A stretch of 63,563 bases of DNA, the filler included, from Candidatus Fermentibacterota bacterium (lineage in GTDB: Bacteria > JAFGKV01): the NCBI GenBank assembly GCA_016928395.1. It is 5 parts of 5 records of this genome, joined end to end, with 100 filler letters (N's around TTAATTAATTAA, not from the genome) between each part and the next. Parts side by side here need not be neighbours in the genome. Positions count along the whole stretch, not along the records: positions 8,683 to 40,278 come from JAFGKV010000131.1; 4 more parts are not named here. The stretch is one strand, 5' to 3'. The notes beneath the pieces were generated by a model. That model was given only the letters and a program-made list of their open reading frames with translations. It was not told the origin of the DNA and searched no databases. The position numbers and the translations under genes are program-made. Positions 9,900-20,447 of the stretch are shown here, piece by piece; the first letter of the stretch is position 1, and the number at the start of each line of letters is the position of its first letter.

Positions 9900-10175
9900 G
9901 AGCGCAGCGAGCGTAGGAGGGCCTTCAGGCCCGACAGGACTGGCGTTAATCGGCGAATGCATCCTATGGAGTGCGGTGGCCTGGCTTGCGCACTCCAAAG
10001 CATCCAACCCAGCCGCCCCCTTCGCGCCTTACAGCGCTCCACAGCGCTCCAACATCGTGCGTGCACCGCATTCCCCGGCGTACTCTCAACCCCGAGAAAT
10101 CTGAGTGCGCCCGGCGTCCTCAGAGGCCGCACTGAATACTGAATCCTGAATCCTGAACCCCGAACCCTGAACCCC
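9900..10175 (+). repeat. Modular intergenic repeat, copy 1
   Basis: GTAGGAGGGCCTTCAGGCCCGA at 9913; CGGCGTACTCTCAACCCCGA..CTCAGAGGC module; CTGAA(T/C)C tandem; the same modules recur near 31.9, 38.8 and 57.1 kb. Confidence 0.75.
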
Positions 10176-10179
10176 TGGG

Positions 10180-11376
10180 CTACTCGACCTCCGCCAGGAT
10201 GCCGGTAAGATAGCGGCCCTCGGGATGCGCCGGCACGGAGGGATGATCGGCATCCGCGCTTAGTTCCCGAAGCACTCGGATCATTCGTCCCTTCTCGAGG
10301 GAAACCCCGGCTACCAGCCTCTCCAATTCCGCCGTGCCCAAGTGATGGGAGCAACTGAAGATCGCCAGCAGGCAATTCGGTGCGGCAACCCGTACCGACG
10401 CTCCAAGCTGCCATGACAGGCCCCGAAGCGCGGCGGCGACATTGACCTTGCGGCGGGCCATGGGCGGCGGGTCCATCACGATGATGTCATATCGGTCTGT
10501 CGCCGTGGCAAGGAAAGCGTCGACCTCGGCGCGAACCACTGTAGATCTGCCCGGGCCGACTGAATTGGAGGAGAGGTTCTGGTGCAGCAAATCGATGGTT
10601 GCCGACCCTGATTCCACGAAGGTGACATGAGCCGCGCCTCGGCCCAAGGCCGCCAGACCGAACCCGCCGGTGTGGGCGTACAAATCCAGCATACATCGGC
10701 CCTGCGCCCACTCGGAGACCAGTGCCCGGTTGACGCGTTGATCCAGATAGAAGCCCGTCTTCTGGCCGTTGCGCGCATCAACTACATAGACCACATCGTG
10801 CTCCACGATGCGCGGATGCGAATCATAGGATCCGGCGATCACCTCCTGCGACTGGCCAAGGCCTTCCCGTGCTCGGGCAGCCCGTTGGCTCCTATCCACC
10901 ACGGTGGATGCCGCAAGAGATTCCAGCGCAAACGAACATACAACCTCACGGTATCGCTCCACCCATGGATGGTGAAACTGAACCGATGCCGTCTCATCGT
11001 ACAGGTCCAGGACAAGACCGGGTAGGCCGTCGCCCTCGGCGTTCACGACCCGCACCCCGCCTGAGGCGCAGAGCCCCAGGCGTTGACGCAGCGACCACGC
11101 CCGCTGGAGCCGTTCTCGGAAGATGGCCTCATCGGGATACTCGTCGGTTCCGCGGGAGATGCACCGTGCACGGATTTGCGACTGCGCACTGAAGGCGGCC
11201 CAGGCAATGAAGGTGCCGTCGGCGCTCAGCACACTCACGATGTCGCCGGAGACGGGTGAGCCCTCTACCTCGGTGATGGCGCCGGCGAACACCCAGGGAT
11301 GTCCGTGCCGAACTGCAGCGGCTTTCATAGGGTGAAGCCGCAGTACCCCATCAGACTCTCGAACTCGATCACTCAC
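10180..11376 (-). CDS. rlmI: 23S rRNA m5C1962 methyltransferase RlmI-like
   Basis: PUA-like GHPWVF, EGDGLPGLVLD, GQKTGFYLDQR, LDLYAHTGGF, MDPPP, FSCS; GTG start after GGAGG. Confidence 0.85.
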   Translation of the reverse strand: MSDRVRESDGVLRLHPMKAAAVRHGHPWVFAGAITEVEGSPVSGDIVSVLSADGTFIAWAAFSAQSQIRARCISRGTDEYPDEAIFRERLQRAWSLRQRLGLCASGGVRVVNAEGDGLPGLVLDLYDETASVQFHHPWVERYREVVCSFALESLAASTVVDRSQRAARAREGLGQSQEVIAGSYDSHPRIVEHDVVYVVDARNGQKTGFYLDQRVNRALVSEWAQGRCMLDLYAHTGGFGLAALGRGAAHVTFVESGSATIDLLHQNLSSNSVGPGRSTVVRAEVDAFLATATDRYDIIVMDPPPMARRKVNVAAALRGLSWQLGASVRVAAPNCLLAIFSCSHHLGTAELERLVAGVSLEKGRMIRVLRELSADADHPSVPAHPEGRYLTGILAEVE

Positions 11377-11520
11377 GACGTCCTCCGTCTGTCTCGCACA
11401 TCGAAGTGCTTGATCTGTCGTCTGCACCGGTCTAAACTATGTCGGCCAAACGGTATTCCCAAGGCGGTTCATGAGCGCCTGAGCTTCGTCGAATCCGTTC
11501 CCGCTGTCAGGAGGCGTCAC

Positions 11521-12543
11521 ATGTTGGAAGATCGAGTCACGTCGCTGGACCGTTTCATCATCGAACAAGAGCGCCTCTACCCGGAAGCCACCGGAAGATT
11601 CTCGAACATACTCTACGACATCGCCCTCGCCGCGAAGGTGGTAACCCGCGAAGTGCGCCGGGCTGGGATCACCGATATTCTCGGCCGAGCCGGCCGCGCC
11701 AATGTCTACGGCGAGGACGTGACAAAGCTCGATGCGTTTGCGAACAATGTCTTTATCCACGCCACCGAGCACAGTGGCAATGTCTGTATCATGGCCAGCG
11801 AGGAGAATGACGGCTGCGTGGAGATCCCGCCGGAGTACCCGACGGGCAGCTACGCGCTCCTGATGGATCCTTTGGATGGCTCGTCCAATATCGACGTAAA
11901 TGTTGCTATCGGCACTATCTTCTCCTTCCATCGCAAGATCTCCAAGGGGCCCCGTGGTGCGGTGGAAGACTGCCTGCAGCCAGGGCGTAGGCAGGTCGCC
12001 GCGGGGTACGTAGTCTATGGCTCCAGCACGATGCTGGTGTACACCACGGGATCCGGAGTACACGGGTTCACGCTGGATCCGACCCTCGGCGAGTTCATCC
12101 TGAGTCACCGGAATATCCGGATCCCGGAGCGGTCGACCTACATCAGCGCAAATGAAAGCAACTACCCCAAGTGGCCCGAGGAAGTCCAGTCGTATGTTGG
12201 GCACCTCCGGAAGCGATCATACAGCAGCCGTTATATCGGCTCTCTGGTCGCCGACTTCCACCGCAACCTGCTGAAGGGCGGCTTCTTCATGTACCCCCCC
12301 GACCAGAAATCTCCGACGGGTAAACTCAGGCTGCTCTACGAAGCCGCACCGCTCGCGTTCGTCATCGAACAAGCCGGTGGCTATGCCAGTGACGGCCATG
12401 GCCCCATACTGGACATTCAGCCCACCGAGCTTCACCAGCGAGTCCCCCTGTACATCGGGAGCCCCTTCGAGACCCGGGAGGCCGAAGCCTGGATCAGTGG
12501 CCGAAAGCGACCGGATGCCGGGCCGTCATCATCCGCGGGCTGA
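11521..12543 (+). CDS. fbp: Fructose-1,6-bisphosphatase class 1
   Basis: MASEE, DPLDGSSNIDVN, RYIGSLVADFHRNLLKGG, GKLRLLYEAAP; AGGAGG RBS. Confidence 0.96.
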   Translation: MLEDRVTSLDRFIIEQERLYPEATGRFSNILYDIALAAKVVTREVRRAGITDILGRAGRANVYGEDVTKLDAFANNVFIHATEHSGNVCIMASEENDGCVEIPPEYPTGSYALLMDPLDGSSNIDVNVAIGTIFSFHRKISKGPRGAVEDCLQPGRRQVAAGYVVYGSSTMLVYTTGSGVHGFTLDPTLGEFILSHRNIRIPERSTYISANESNYPKWPEEVQSYVGHLRKRSYSSRYIGSLVADFHRNLLKGGFFMYPPDQKSPTGKLRLLYEAAPLAFVIEQAGGYASDGHGPILDIQPTELHQRVPLYIGSPFETREAEAWISGRKRPDAGPSSSAG

Positions 12544-12599
12544 GTTTCGTCTCCCATTCATCGAGGCGGTGATGCTATGAGAACGAGTGGGTACTGCCA

Positions 12600-13073
12600 T
12601 TGAGGATAGCCGACTACCTTCCGATCGGCGCCATCATGCCGAATCTGCCGGCCGACAGCAAGCTCGAGGCGCTGCAGCTCATGGTTCGGGCCATGGATAA
12701 GCTTATGTACCTGAGCGATGTGGGCGTGGCGGAGCGAGATATCCTCTCCCGGGAGGCGAAGATGACCACCGGAATTGGACACGGCATCGCGGTACCCCAT
12801 GCTCGATCCGAAGCCGCGAAAGGGCTTCAGGCGGTGCTGGCGCGCCACGCGGCTGGCCTTGATTGGGCAGCGCTGGACGGCAGGCCAGTCCACTTCATCG
12901 TGATGGTGTTGTCTCACCCCGATTCGCCGGGGCCCCATCTGCAGTTCTTGGCCGCCATCGCCAGGCTTCTCAACGATCCACCCGTGCAACACGCCCTCAT
13001 GCAGGCTGAAACCGCCCGTCAAATCCACCAGATCGTGTGCCCCCCGAAGCGGAAGGGACTATTCCGTCCGTGA
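12600..13073 (+). CDS. PTS EIIA (PtsN/Fru-type) domain protein
   Basis: REAKMTTGIGHGIAVPHAR phospho-His motif, LDGRPV, HLQFLA. Confidence 0.92.
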   Translation: MRIADYLPIGAIMPNLPADSKLEALQLMVRAMDKLMYLSDVGVAERDILSREAKMTTGIGHGIAVPHARSEAAKGLQAVLARHAAGLDWAALDGRPVHFIVMVLSHPDSPGPHLQFLAAIARLLNDPPVQHALMQAETARQIHQIVCPPKRKGLFRP

Positions 13074-14734
13074 TACCACGTGTGTTGGCGGCAGTGATGC
13101 TGCTGGCGACCCCGGCGCTGGCGTCGGAGGCCCACGATGTGCCGCATCTCATGGTGCAGTTGGTGCTCCAGTTGGCCGTCATCATTTTCGCCGCCAAGTT
13201 CGTCGGAGAGCTTGTGGAGCGACGCCTGCATCAGCCCGCTGTCTTGGGAGAACTCCTGGCAGGGACCATCATCGGGCCATATGCGCTGGGCGCCATCCCC
13301 TTTCCGGCCCTTGGCCCCCTCTTCCCCCGCCCTGACGCAGGTGCCCCCCTCCCGGTCACGCAGGAGCTCTATGCCATAGCCACCGTCGCCTCCATCGTGC
13401 TTCTTTTCCTGTCGGGATTGGAGACGGATCTGGCGACCTTCCTTCGGTATTCGGTGGCCGGAACAGTCGTGGGCATTGCGGGTGTCGTGTTTTCCTTCGC
13501 TCTGGGCGATCTGCTGACCGTTGCGCTGGGTTTCGCTGACGGTTTCATGGACCCCGTTGCTCTTTTCATGGGCACTGTCTCCACGGCGACGTCGGTAGGC
13601 ATCACCGCCCGCATCCTGTCTGAGAAGAGGAAGATGGACACGCCGGAAGGCGTGACGATCATGGCAGGCGCGGTAATAGACGATGTGCTTGGGATCATCG
13701 TCCTTGCCTTGGTAGTGGGCATTTCACGGGTCGGGGCACAGGGAGGAGACCTGGATTGGAGTGCCATCGGCATGATCGCCCTGAAGGCCTTCGGTTTCTG
13801 GCTGGGAGCCATGGCCGTGGGGTTGGCTCTGGCCCGCCGCGTGTCCGCCCTACTGAAATGGCTTCGCTCCAGGGAGACAATGGGCGCGGTGGCGTTCGGA
13901 TTCGCCCTGCTGCTGGCCGGGCTCGCCGAGAAGGCCGGGTTGGCCATGATCATCGGGGCCTACGTCATGGGGCTGTCGCTGTCTCGGGTGGACATTGCCC
14001 ATGAGCTGCGCGAGCGCCTTTCGCCTCTCTACAGTGTGTTGGTGCCGATCTTCTTCTGCGTAATGGGCATGCTGGTTGACCCTTCGGCCATGCGAGGCGT
14101 CGTGCTGTTCGGCCTGGCATTCACCGCAGTGGCCATCGTTTCGAAGGTGGCCGCGTGCGGAGGCGCTGCCTTGCTGGTCGGGTTCAACCTTCGGGGTTGT
14201 GCGCGTATCGGGGCTGGCATGCTACCCCGGGGCGAGGTCGCCCTCATCGTCGCCGGAGTCGGCTTGGCCGCCGGCGCGGTGACTCAGTCGATGTTCGGCG
14301 TTGCCATCATGATGACCCTGGTGACCACGCTGGCGGCGCCCCCCCTTCTCGTGCGGCTACTCGCGGGAGGCTCGGGGCTGCGGTCTCGCACTGGGCAGCC
14401 CACCGAGGCCGAGGCGGAGCCGCTGACCCTGGAGCTACCCACTGTGGAAGTCGCCGAGTTCATCCTGTCGCGGCTCCTGGAGTCGTTCGTTCGGGAGGAA
14501 TTCTTCGTTCATCGGATGGACCCTGGAGCGCGGCTCTTCCAGGTACGCAAGGAGGACATTTCCCTGACTATCCGCCGCGAGAGAAACGCCCTTCATCTCA
14601 CGTCTCGCCCGGAGGACACGGAGGTGGTGCGCGTGTTCGTGCTGGAGGAGATCGCCACGCTCCGGGAGTTGATGTCCAGTTTGAGCAGTCTCAGCTCTCT
14701 GACGGATCTCGGCGTCAGCCTACGGTTGGACTGA
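13070..14734 (+). CDS. Cation:proton antiporter (CPA2/NapA-like) with soluble C-terminal extension
   Basis: QPAVLGELLAG, LLFLSGLETDL, ATSVGITARIL, AVIDDVLG, GMLPRGEVALI; GTG start overlaps the upstream stop. Confidence 0.92.
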   Translation: MIPRVLAAVMLLATPALASEAHDVPHLMVQLVLQLAVIIFAAKFVGELVERRLHQPAVLGELLAGTIIGPYALGAIPFPALGPLFPRPDAGAPLPVTQELYAIATVASIVLLFLSGLETDLATFLRYSVAGTVVGIAGVVFSFALGDLLTVALGFADGFMDPVALFMGTVSTATSVGITARILSEKRKMDTPEGVTIMAGAVIDDVLGIIVLALVVGISRVGAQGGDLDWSAIGMIALKAFGFWLGAMAVGLALARRVSALLKWLRSRETMGAVAFGFALLLAGLAEKAGLAMIIGAYVMGLSLSRVDIAHELRERLSPLYSVLVPIFFCVMGMLVDPSAMRGVVLFGLAFTAVAIVSKVAACGGAALLVGFNLRGCARIGAGMLPRGEVALIVAGVGLAAGAVTQSMFGVAIMMTLVTTLAAPPLLVRLLAGGSGLRSRTGQPTEAEAEPLTLELPTVEVAEFILSRLLESFVREEFFVHRMDPGARLFQVRKEDISLTIRRERNALHLTSRPEDTEVVRVFVLEEIATLRELMSSLSSLSSLTDLGVSLRLD

Positions 14735-14763
14735 GCCAAGGCCTACGCCGGCAAAGGCGTGCG

Positions 14764-17499
14764 CTACTCCCCGCACACAAAGACGCGATCGAACCCGACA
14801 TCTCCTTCGCCCCGTGCCGCCAAACCCACCGCCCCCAGAGGGGGCAATCGGAGCTGCACCGGGAACTGGTACTGAGTCACTTCCTGGCCATTGAGCGTGC
14901 CCCCAAGGTGGGTCGCGTGCAGGGTGACGGCCAGAGAGTTCCATCCCTGGGCGAAGAAGACGCCTCCGCCTGCACTGCTACAGGGAAACCAGAGCCCTGT
15001 GGCTGCGGCTCGCCCCTGAAGCTCTACGGTTCCATCGGAACGCACGACGGAGGCAATGGCATCACAGGAACTTCCCTGGACATTGATGGTGAAACCATCT
15101 TGACACACGAATGCGGTGGCCCCCTCCGCATCTCCCGCGGGTTCAGCCCCAAAGAACACGTCGGCCTGGCATCGGGTCGAACCCGTGTAGTCGATGGCGT
15201 GCTGCGACCAGCCCGTGACACCCTGGGGGATTGCGCCGGCGACGTATCGCCCATCTTCGACGCGCCAGGTCACGGCCGGGTCGACAACCCATCCCTGAGC
15301 GGTGCCATCGTTGAAGTCAGCCGCACACACGGGATCCGCGCACCCCGCAGCGCCGACGTCCATCGTGACGCTTGTGCCGTGCGATCCACCATTGGACTCT
15401 ATGGTCAGCACTCCCTCATGCGAGCCCAGATCAAGACCGTACCGCTCTACGCTGAGCACGGGATAGGCATATTCGCCCTGGGGTAGAATCCCCGATTCAG
15501 GCACCAGAGAGCTCCAGGTGGGAAGACCTGTCACTGCCCATGCCAAGACACCCGTACCGGCATTCTCGACCGTGAGAACCGCACCATCGGTGTCGGCATG
15601 GAGATAGACCTCCGCAGGCGACAGGCCGAGTACCGGAACGCCGGGGACCATGACCGTCACGATCAGATACACCGGCGCATCAGCTCCAAAGAACGAAACG
15701 CCGGTCTGCGCGAAACCGGAGGGTAGCCCGGCAAGGTCGGCGCTGACGGCTACGGGATTCGCCTCAAATGGGGCGAGCCCGCCCTCGGATGGCACCACGG
15801 TGATCCACGGTTCCTCCGGCGAGGCGCTCCAGGTAAGCTGCGCGGTACCGCAGTTGGCCACCACACACTGGACCGACGATGCGGCAATGCCGATGTGCAC
15901 CGAATCCGGTATGACGTCGAGACAGAGGCCCTGGGGAACCCGTAGAGTGACATAAATGAGGGACGATGTGGTGGACGCATTGAGCACGAGAGTGGCAGCA
16001 TGGTCGCCGATGCTCATGCCGGTGGTATCCCCCCGCACCCGCACGCTGCCTATGCCTCCTTCGGGCACGATACCGCTGGCCGGAAGGGCCAACATCCATG
16101 CCGCATCCCCCTGCGTCTCCCAGGCCAGGTCACCGCACCCCGTGTTGGCAAAGAGCAGGGTATCCTCGAATGCAGGCACCTCCAGGAACAGGGAATCAGG
16201 AAGTGCCCCTCCGAGCTCGGGCGCAACCTCCATCTCGACGGTCACCGGCGCGACGAAACCCTCGCCCTGAAAATGCACGGCCCCCCACTGCGACCCTGGG
16301 GAGAAGCCCGCCCGCGACACCACGGTAATCCATACGGTCTGGTCGACTCCCTCCAGCACGCCGCTGGAAGGCGAGACGTCAAGCCACGTATCCTGGGACA
16401 CGGCGGTCCACTGGAGAGCCTCGTCGCCGATGGCTGCCAGCGTGATGGTGAGCTGGTTCGCCTCACACGGAAAGCGGAGGGTGTCCGGCTGCGCGGTGAA
16501 TGCCGCCGACGCGGTCACAAAATCCCACAGTTCGCCACGGGACACATCTTCCCCATCAGAGGCGACCACCTTCCAGAAATAGCGCATCTCCGCCTGGAGC
16601 CCGGTGATCGTGACGGAATCCGTGACGCTGACAACGGATGAGGCGGAAGAACGTTCCTCCGTCACCGAGGCGCTGTCCGAACCATACCATACGGTGAACG
16701 AGAGGACATCGGCGTCAGGGTCTGACGAGCTCCACTGAAGGCAGGGCGCCAGGCTCCGCACGGTCTCACCGGGTTCGGGCCGCGGCGAGCCGGGCGACCC
16801 CGGTGGTGTATTCAGCACGTGCAAGGTGCATGATGCCGCACCCACTACTCCCGCGCCGTTCCTGGCTTCGGCGCCCACGCACCATCGGCCCTTCACTGGC
16901 GCAGGAAACGTATCGCGGCAGGCAGTGCTCCATCCTCTGATCTCATCGCCGCCCAGCATGAAACGGAAGACCAGCACACTGTCGGGCTCGTAGGGGTCAA
17001 GGCTCGCCGAGGCATCCGCAACTACATCACGGCCCACTCGGGTGGTATCCGGAAAGACCTCCACATGCGCCAAGGGGCCAACTTGAAGCCTGCTCATGAC
17101 CAAAGTTGCCTCGGTCGTCGTGCCGGCCTCGATGGCAAGCGTGGTGTCACCGCCGTACAGATTCACCCTGGGTTCGGCCGACCACGCCACAGCGTCAACC
17201 CATCGGTTTCGACCGACAGGGATGCCCTCGATCGTTCCCGAGGCCTCATTGTCAACCACCGGCACCACGACGCGCAGGGTATCCATACCCGATCCGCTCA
17301 CTGTCACCGAGAGCGAATCGGGAACAAGGGCGTCAGGAGTATGGGATCCGCCAAGCCCGCGTTCTTCCGTGGCAAACACCAGCGCAAGCATCAATGAACC
17401 CGTGCGATCGCCCGCAGAAGCCGGATCACGGCCGCAGGAGAACACGAAGATCAGAATGAGCAGAATTCCAGTAGCGGCAAGGGCGAGCGTGCGGATCAC
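14764..17499 (-). CDS. Large surface lipoprotein with Ig/Fn3-like and about four BACON-type repeats
   Basis: Lipobox-like IFVFSC; repeated N.G...L.W.....W....P.SG motifs; YFWKVVASDG Fn3-like segment; beta-rich C-terminus. Confidence 0.8.
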   Translation of the reverse strand: MIRTLALAATGILLILIFVFSCGRDPASAGDRTGSLMLALVFATEERGLGGSHTPDALVPDSLSVTVSGSGMDTLRVVVPVVDNEASGTIEGIPVGRNRWVDAVAWSAEPRVNLYGGDTTLAIEAGTTTEATLVMSRLQVGPLAHVEVFPDTTRVGRDVVADASASLDPYEPDSVLVFRFMLGGDEIRGWSTACRDTFPAPVKGRWCVGAEARNGAGVVGAASCTLHVLNTPPGSPGSPRPEPGETVRSLAPCLQWSSSDPDADVLSFTVWYGSDSASVTEERSSASSVVSVTDSVTITGLQAEMRYFWKVVASDGEDVSRGELWDFVTASAAFTAQPDTLRFPCEANQLTITLAAIGDEALQWTAVSQDTWLDVSPSSGVLEGVDQTVWITVVSRAGFSPGSQWGAVHFQGEGFVAPVTVEMEVAPELGGALPDSLFLEVPAFEDTLLFANTGCGDLAWETQGDAAWMLALPASGIVPEGGIGSVRVRGDTTGMSIGDHAATLVLNASTTSSLIYVTLRVPQGLCLDVIPDSVHIGIAASSVQCVVANCGTAQLTWSASPEEPWITVVPSEGGLAPFEANPVAVSADLAGLPSGFAQTGVSFFGADAPVYLIVTVMVPGVPVLGLSPAEVYLHADTDGAVLTVENAGTGVLAWAVTGLPTWSSLVPESGILPQGEYAYPVLSVERYGLDLGSHEGVLTIESNGGSHGTSVTMDVGAAGCADPVCAADFNDGTAQGWVVDPAVTWRVEDGRYVAGAIPQGVTGWSQHAIDYTGSTRCQADVFFGAEPAGDAEGATAFVCQDGFTINVQGSSCDAIASVVRSDGTVELQGRAAATGLWFPCSSAGGGVFFAQGWNSLAVTLHATHLGGTLNGQEVTQYQFPVQLRLPPLGAVGLAARGEGDVGFDRVFVCGE

Positions 17500-18023
17500 G
17501 GGAACACCACGTGGAAACTCAGTGAACCGGTGTCTTTGTCCTCACCTCCCGACAGCACCAGCGCGGTAACGACGCCGGTCGCCACCGCCCCGGCGCCGAT
17601 CCATAGCCATGGCAGGCCGCCCTTGTGCGTCTCGGGCACGAGTGGTGGAGAGGGCAGTACGGAAGGAAAGGATTCCGGCTCGATGGAGGGATCGTGGGCG
17701 ATTACGCCGGGAACCGGCGCAACAGGAAGAGAGTCGGCGGGAATTTCGTGCACCCACTTGGCAAAGACCCACGAAGGGCGTTCATCCTCACCCTCGATCC
17801 TGTACCATCCGCCTTCTTCCGCCAGAATGGTGACCTCGTCACCGGCCTGCAGGCGGCCCAGCCTCTCAAAGGCGACCGCCGGGCCTTGTCGAACCGAGAC
17901 GCCGTCGCCAGTGATCACGCCCCGGCGAGCCGCCGCCTGGCCGACGACACACGGGGCAACAACCATGGAACAGCACAGACACACTCGCACGATGATATCC
18001 ACGTGAGATGCCGCATGGCGCAT
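17496..18023 (-). CDS. Secreted SH3b-domain protein with hydrophobic C-terminal segment
   Basis: VSVRQGP..LGRLQAGDEVTILAEEGGWYRI..WVFAKWV; GAGGAGG RBS. Confidence 0.8.
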   Translation of the reverse strand: MRHAASHVDIIVRVCLCCSMVVAPCVVGQAAARRGVITGDGVSVRQGPAVAFERLGRLQAGDEVTILAEEGGWYRIEGEDERPSWVFAKWVHEIPADSLPVAPVPGVIAHDPSIEPESFPSVLPSPPLVPETHKGGLPWLWIGAGAVATGVVTALVLSGGEDKDTGSLSFHVVFP

Positions 18024-18514
18024 GGTGCCTCCTCGCCCACACGGGCCTGATGGCCCGGCTGTCCTCTCTGGTGGCCGGTGTGGCCGTGAACCTCCCGCTG
18101 AGTGAGCATAATACATACCTAATGGCCGCCCTGGGTCAAGCCCGGAGGTTGCCGGCCCGATCCAAGGCTACGCAACGGTTGACATTCCGCTGTGCGCTCC
18201 CTACCATCGAGATAGTCAGCCAGAGACTACGCGTACATGCATCAGACTCTGCATTCGATTTCTCTCCGGGAACTCCGACGGCAGGTCCCCGCAGGTCTTT
18301 GTACATCGAGATCATCCGCCGCGCATGCAGAGGCCGCTTCTGCATCCTTGGTGCACGCGTCGCCCATTGCCCGCGGCCCTTTCGGTGAGGATACCCCATG
18401 AAGGAAATGACCGCGCACACCAGAACCGCGGGGGGCCGCGCGACACCACTGCAGATATCGGAACGCCCGCACCATCTCAGCAGGAATCTCCGTGTCGGCG
18501 CGAATTTTCGTGCC

Positions 18515-20317
18515 ATGTCGAACGCCAGGGATTACCTCCCGGAGCTAAGGGCTGCCAATGGGCAAATCGCTTCGCTCCTTTGCTGCTCCCGGGACCTCGA
18601 AACCGTGCGAGACAGCCTTTTCAGGTACCTCGAGATGCGCGAACGCCGGCTGCTGGAGCCGGGCCACGCAAGCCCTCGGTTGTCGCGGGTTCTGGCAAAC
18701 CAAGCCATCCGGGTGTGCAAGCACGTCATCGGCCGCCTCAATGAGGAACGCGTCGGCACGTCTGCTCTGGCCACTCTGGCGCAGATGGCAGCCGATGAAA
18801 GCATCGCTGACACGGTATCACCAGGGTTCGTCCTGGAGTTCATTCACCTGTTCCGGGCAATCTGCGGTCATCCTGACCTCTACGACGGTGGTATGTTTCA
18901 AAGCGAGGATCTCCTAAACGTTGTTGAGGGTACCGGGCGCGAAGCAGCACGGGCCTACTCCCGGATCTTGGACACGCTTGCCATGCGGATGGCCCGCGAC
19001 ATCGGCCGGTATCCCTCGGGCCTGGAGCCCCAAGTACGGGTAATCCGCGCGCACAACCGAGAGAGAATCCGCCGCTACTTCGAATGTTCGAGCACCGAAT
19101 GGAATGACTATGTCTGGCAGATCCGCCACGTCATCACGGATGCCGAGACGCTATCCGCTCTGGTGGAGCTGACGCCCGAGGACACCGACGCCATCCAGCG
19201 GGCACGAGTGTACGGAATCCCTTTCGGTATCACCCCCTACTATGCCAGCCTCATGGACCGCGTGCCGTCGGACCACGACCACGCGGTACGGGCCCAGGTC
19301 ATACCCCCCGGTGACTATGTGTCGTGCATGATCGAGCACAGCGAAGACCGGGCGACCGCGTTGGATTTCATGGGCGAACACGAAACCTCACCGGTGGATC
19401 TGGTAACCCGCAGGTATCCCGAAATCGCCATACTGAAGCCCTTCAACACCTGCGCGCAGATCTGCGTCTACTGCCAGCGTAACTGGGAGATCGACCGCGT
19501 CTTGTCCCCTTCCGCCATGGCATCGCGGGAAAAGCTGGAGGGTGCCTTGGCGTGGATAGAGCGACACCGGGCCATCCGGGAAATCCTCGTGACGGGAGGC
19601 GACCCCTGCCTTATGTCGGATGCGACCATCTTCCACGTGCTGTCGCGTCTCTCCCGAATACCTCATATCTCCCGGATCCGCGTCGGCACCCGAACGCCGG
19701 TGGTGCTGCCGATGCGTTGGACAGAGGAGTTGGTCGGCGTCTTGGCGCAGTTTCATGAACCGGGAATGAGGGAAGTAGCGGTGGTGACTCATTTCGAGCA
19801 CTCGTACGAGGTCACTCCCGAGGCCATGGAGGCGGTGCAGCGCATACGACGAGGTGGCATGAGTGTGTACAACCAAGAGGTCTTCACGATAGAAAACTCC
19901 CGTCGCTTCGAAACGGCAAGACTGCGCAAGGACCTGCGGCTCATTGGCGTGGATCCCTACTACACCTTCAACCTGAAGGGCAAGTCGGAGCTGCAGCGGT
20001 ATCGCGTCCCCATTGCCCGGCTGCTCCAGGAACGTCGTGAGGAAGCTCGCCTCTTGCCCGGTTTGGAACGCACTGATGAGCCTGTATTCAATGTCCCGCG
20101 GATGGGCAAGACACATCTGAGAGCCGGCCAGGACCACCGGGTGATAATGATCCGCCCCGATGGCGCGAGGATCTACGAATTCGACCCGTGGGAAAAGGGG
20201 ATTACGCCGGTGCCGACCTACCTGTTCACCGATGTGCCCATCTACGACTACCTCATGGAGCTCACCCGGCGTGGCGAGGACTCCGCAGACTACGCGTCCA
20301 TTTGGTACTACTACTAG
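18515..20317 (+). CDS. Long-form KamA-family radical SAM protein (lysine 2,3-aminomutase-like)
   Basis: WNDYVWQ, FGITPYY, TRRYP, CAQICVYCQR (CxxxCxxC), ILVTGGDP, RVGTRTPVVLP, GVDPYY; start uncertain (18398 or 18515). Confidence 0.9.
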   Translation: MSNARDYLPELRAANGQIASLLCCSRDLETVRDSLFRYLEMRERRLLEPGHASPRLSRVLANQAIRVCKHVIGRLNEERVGTSALATLAQMAADESIADTVSPGFVLEFIHLFRAICGHPDLYDGGMFQSEDLLNVVEGTGREAARAYSRILDTLAMRMARDIGRYPSGLEPQVRVIRAHNRERIRRYFECSSTEWNDYVWQIRHVITDAETLSALVELTPEDTDAIQRARVYGIPFGITPYYASLMDRVPSDHDHAVRAQVIPPGDYVSCMIEHSEDRATALDFMGEHETSPVDLVTRRYPEIAILKPFNTCAQICVYCQRNWEIDRVLSPSAMASREKLEGALAWIERHRAIREILVTGGDPCLMSDATIFHVLSRLSRIPHISRIRVGTRTPVVLPMRWTEELVGVLAQFHEPGMREVAVVTHFEHSYEVTPEAMEAVQRIRRGGMSVYNQEVFTIENSRRFETARLRKDLRLIGVDPYYTFNLKGKSELQRYRVPIARLLQERREEARLLPGLERTDEPVFNVPRMGKTHLRAGQDHRVIMIRPDGARIYEFDPWEKGITPVPTYLFTDVPIYDYLMELTRRGEDSADYASIWYYY

Positions 20318-20447
20318 TTCCGACGCGCCGGAGGAACTGGCGAACAGCGATGTGAATCGAACTCACCGGCGTATCCGCGGGTACCATGACAAAGCGTGCG
20401 CTGACGACCGTCGGAGCAGGTTGTACCGATGACCGGGAGGTGGTGCC

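Noticed and set aside
14155-15486. 443-aa ORF and the many other overlapping or antisense ORFs in the track
   Set aside because: Shadow ORFs of high-GC DNA overlapping well-supported genes, with no recognisable motifs
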